This document shows positions 62,345 through 64,000 of a stretch of 64,000 nucleotides of DNA, piece by piece. The translations under genes were made by a program, and so were the position numbers. How positions within the stretch are numbered: position 1 is the first letter of the stretch; the number at the start of each line of letters is the position of its first letter. The notes beneath the pieces are model-generated. The model ran no database searches. It was given only the letters and a program-made list of their open reading frames with translations, and was not told where the DNA came from. Source of the DNA: Octopus sinensis (lineage: Eukaryota); the NCBI RefSeq assembly GCF_006345805.1, contig NC_043025.1:5704001-5768000 (forward strand). The letters run 5' to 3'.

Positions 62345-62641
62345 AAGATCATCATCATCATCATCATCGTCATCATTGTCGTCATCATCGTCATCATCGT
62401 CATCATCGTCATCGTCATCATCGTCATCGTCATCGTCGTCATCATCATCATCATCATCGTCATCATCGTCATCGTCATCATCGTCATCATCGTCATCATC
62501 GTCATCATCATCATCGTCATCGTCATCATCGTCATCATCATCATCGTCATCATCGTCATCATCATCATCCTCATCATCATCATCATCATCGTCATCATCG
62601 TCATCATCGTCATCATCGTCATCGTCATCATCATCATCATC
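62345..62641. repeat. (CAT/CGT)n microsatellite; also (GAT/AAT)n at 63690-64000, (ATT)n at 51870-52376 and 54480-54860
   Basis: Direct reading. Confidence 0.95.
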
Positions 62642-63566
62642 TAGTTGATACAATCACTAGGACAGCTAGCATGTGAAATTGACATGCAAGTGGCCGAGCA
62701 CTCCACAGACACGCGTACTCTTAACATAGTTAAGCGTAACACAGCTTGACACAGAATGTGACAAGGCTGGCCCATGGAATTACAGGTACAACTGATTTTT
62801 GCCAGTTGAGTGAACTGGAGCAACACGAAATCAATGCTGCCAGGAATTGAACTCATAGTCTTACAATCAAAAGCTGAATACCCTGTCCACTAAACCATGT
62901 GCCTTCTCACACACACACACACACACAAATCACATGCATAACAGCAAAATATAACCTTACTAGCGGTATCGCCCGGCGTTGCTCGGGTTTGTAAGGGAAA
63001 TAACTATAAAGCATTTTTAGAGAGTTATAGCCAAAAAATGGAAAAAAAATTATGGTAAATTTTTTTTTTAGTTAAAAAGGTCGAGTTGCATCCCCTAGAC
63101 AGTCTGTTGTTTGTGTTTCTGATTGTCGACCCCATGTCGAATTTATCGATTTTTTTCAGAACTGGGGGAACTTTTCAAAATTTTCTCTGCGTTAGTTTTG
63201 AATTATGACATTGGGCTATGTGTGTGTCAAGTTTTATCAGAATTGGTTGACAGCCGTGGTCAGGGTGAGGGTACAAGCTAACAGACACACAGACAAACTG
63301 CCGTTTATATAGAGAGAGATACCAGATATATATAAATGGGTGTAGGCGCGAGCATGGCTGTGTGGTTAGGGAGTTGGCTTCCTAGCTATATGGTTTCGGG
63401 TTCAGTCCCACTGCGTGTCACTTTGGGTAGGTGTCTTCCGCTATAGCCCCGAGCCGACTGAAGCTTTGTGATTGAATTCGGCAGGCAGAAGTCACTGCCA
63501 TGTGTGTATATATGCGTGTAGGTGCTTGTGCCTCTCCGAAAGAGAGAGAGAGGGTTAAAATCTTAC

Positions 63567-63685
63567 CTTCAATGGACAGTCTTTGTAGAATGGCTGACTG
63601 ACCAATCAGGTGACCAAACTCCTTTGGGAATGCTTTCACAAATTCCTCTGCGGTAATTGTTGGATCAGAAAATATTGAAAAGGCA
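63567..63685 (-). CDS. MTO1: MTO1 exon (AFSIFSDPTITAEEFVKAFPKEFGHLIGQSAILQRLSIE); upstream exons lie beyond the window
   Basis: tattttcag acceptor and g|gtaaga donor; RLxIE joins in frame to the next exon. Confidence 0.92.
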
Positions 63686-63715
63686 CTGAAAATAGATATG
63701 ATGATGATGATGATG

Positions 63716-63760
<45 letters not shown>

Positions 63761-64000
63761 TCATTACGATGATAGTAATGACAATTATGAACGATAACGA
63801 TGATGACAATGAAGATGATAGTGATGACAATTATGATAATGACAACAATAATGATGATGATGATAGTGATGACAATTCTGATGATGATGATGATGATGAC
63901 AATTATGATAATGATGACGATTATGATGATGACAACAACAATGATGATGATAGTGATGACAATTATGACAATGATAAGAATGATGATGATGATGATGATA

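Noticed and set aside
62120-62676. Poly-Asp/His/Ser/Met ORFs
   Set aside because: (CAT)n intronic microsatellite; only 62124-62220 is coding.

Overview
Repeat-saturated animal genomic DNA. The SINE families look like those of octopus or another coleoid cephalopod (recalled, not verified). Two spliced genes were assembled by hand from exons that the ORF track largely misses. (1) A complete 4-exon FABP/iLBP-family gene on + (42065-42134, 48848-49035, 50677-50778, 54864-54914; 136 aa). (2) The last four coding exons of MTO1 (GidA/MnmG) on - (63567-63685, 62124-62220, 60173-60227, 58238-58375), converging tail-to-tail with the FABP gene. The remainder comprises a >=9 kb 44/48-bp dimeric satellite, a ~2.4-2.8 kb tandem duplication, and decayed RTE, CR1-like, L1/Tx1 and R4/Dong LINEs. 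It also holds mariner, pogo and piggyBac-type remnants and MITEs, Helentron-like elements, Penelope-type minimal hammerhead motifs, several tRNA-derived SINE families (one in a 9-unit tandem array), minisatellites and long microsatellites. Nearly all listed ORFs are repeat artefacts. I see no clearly novel enzymatic system. The best leads are transposon-host interactions and modular SINE/LINE/satellite relationships. All alignments were done by eye.
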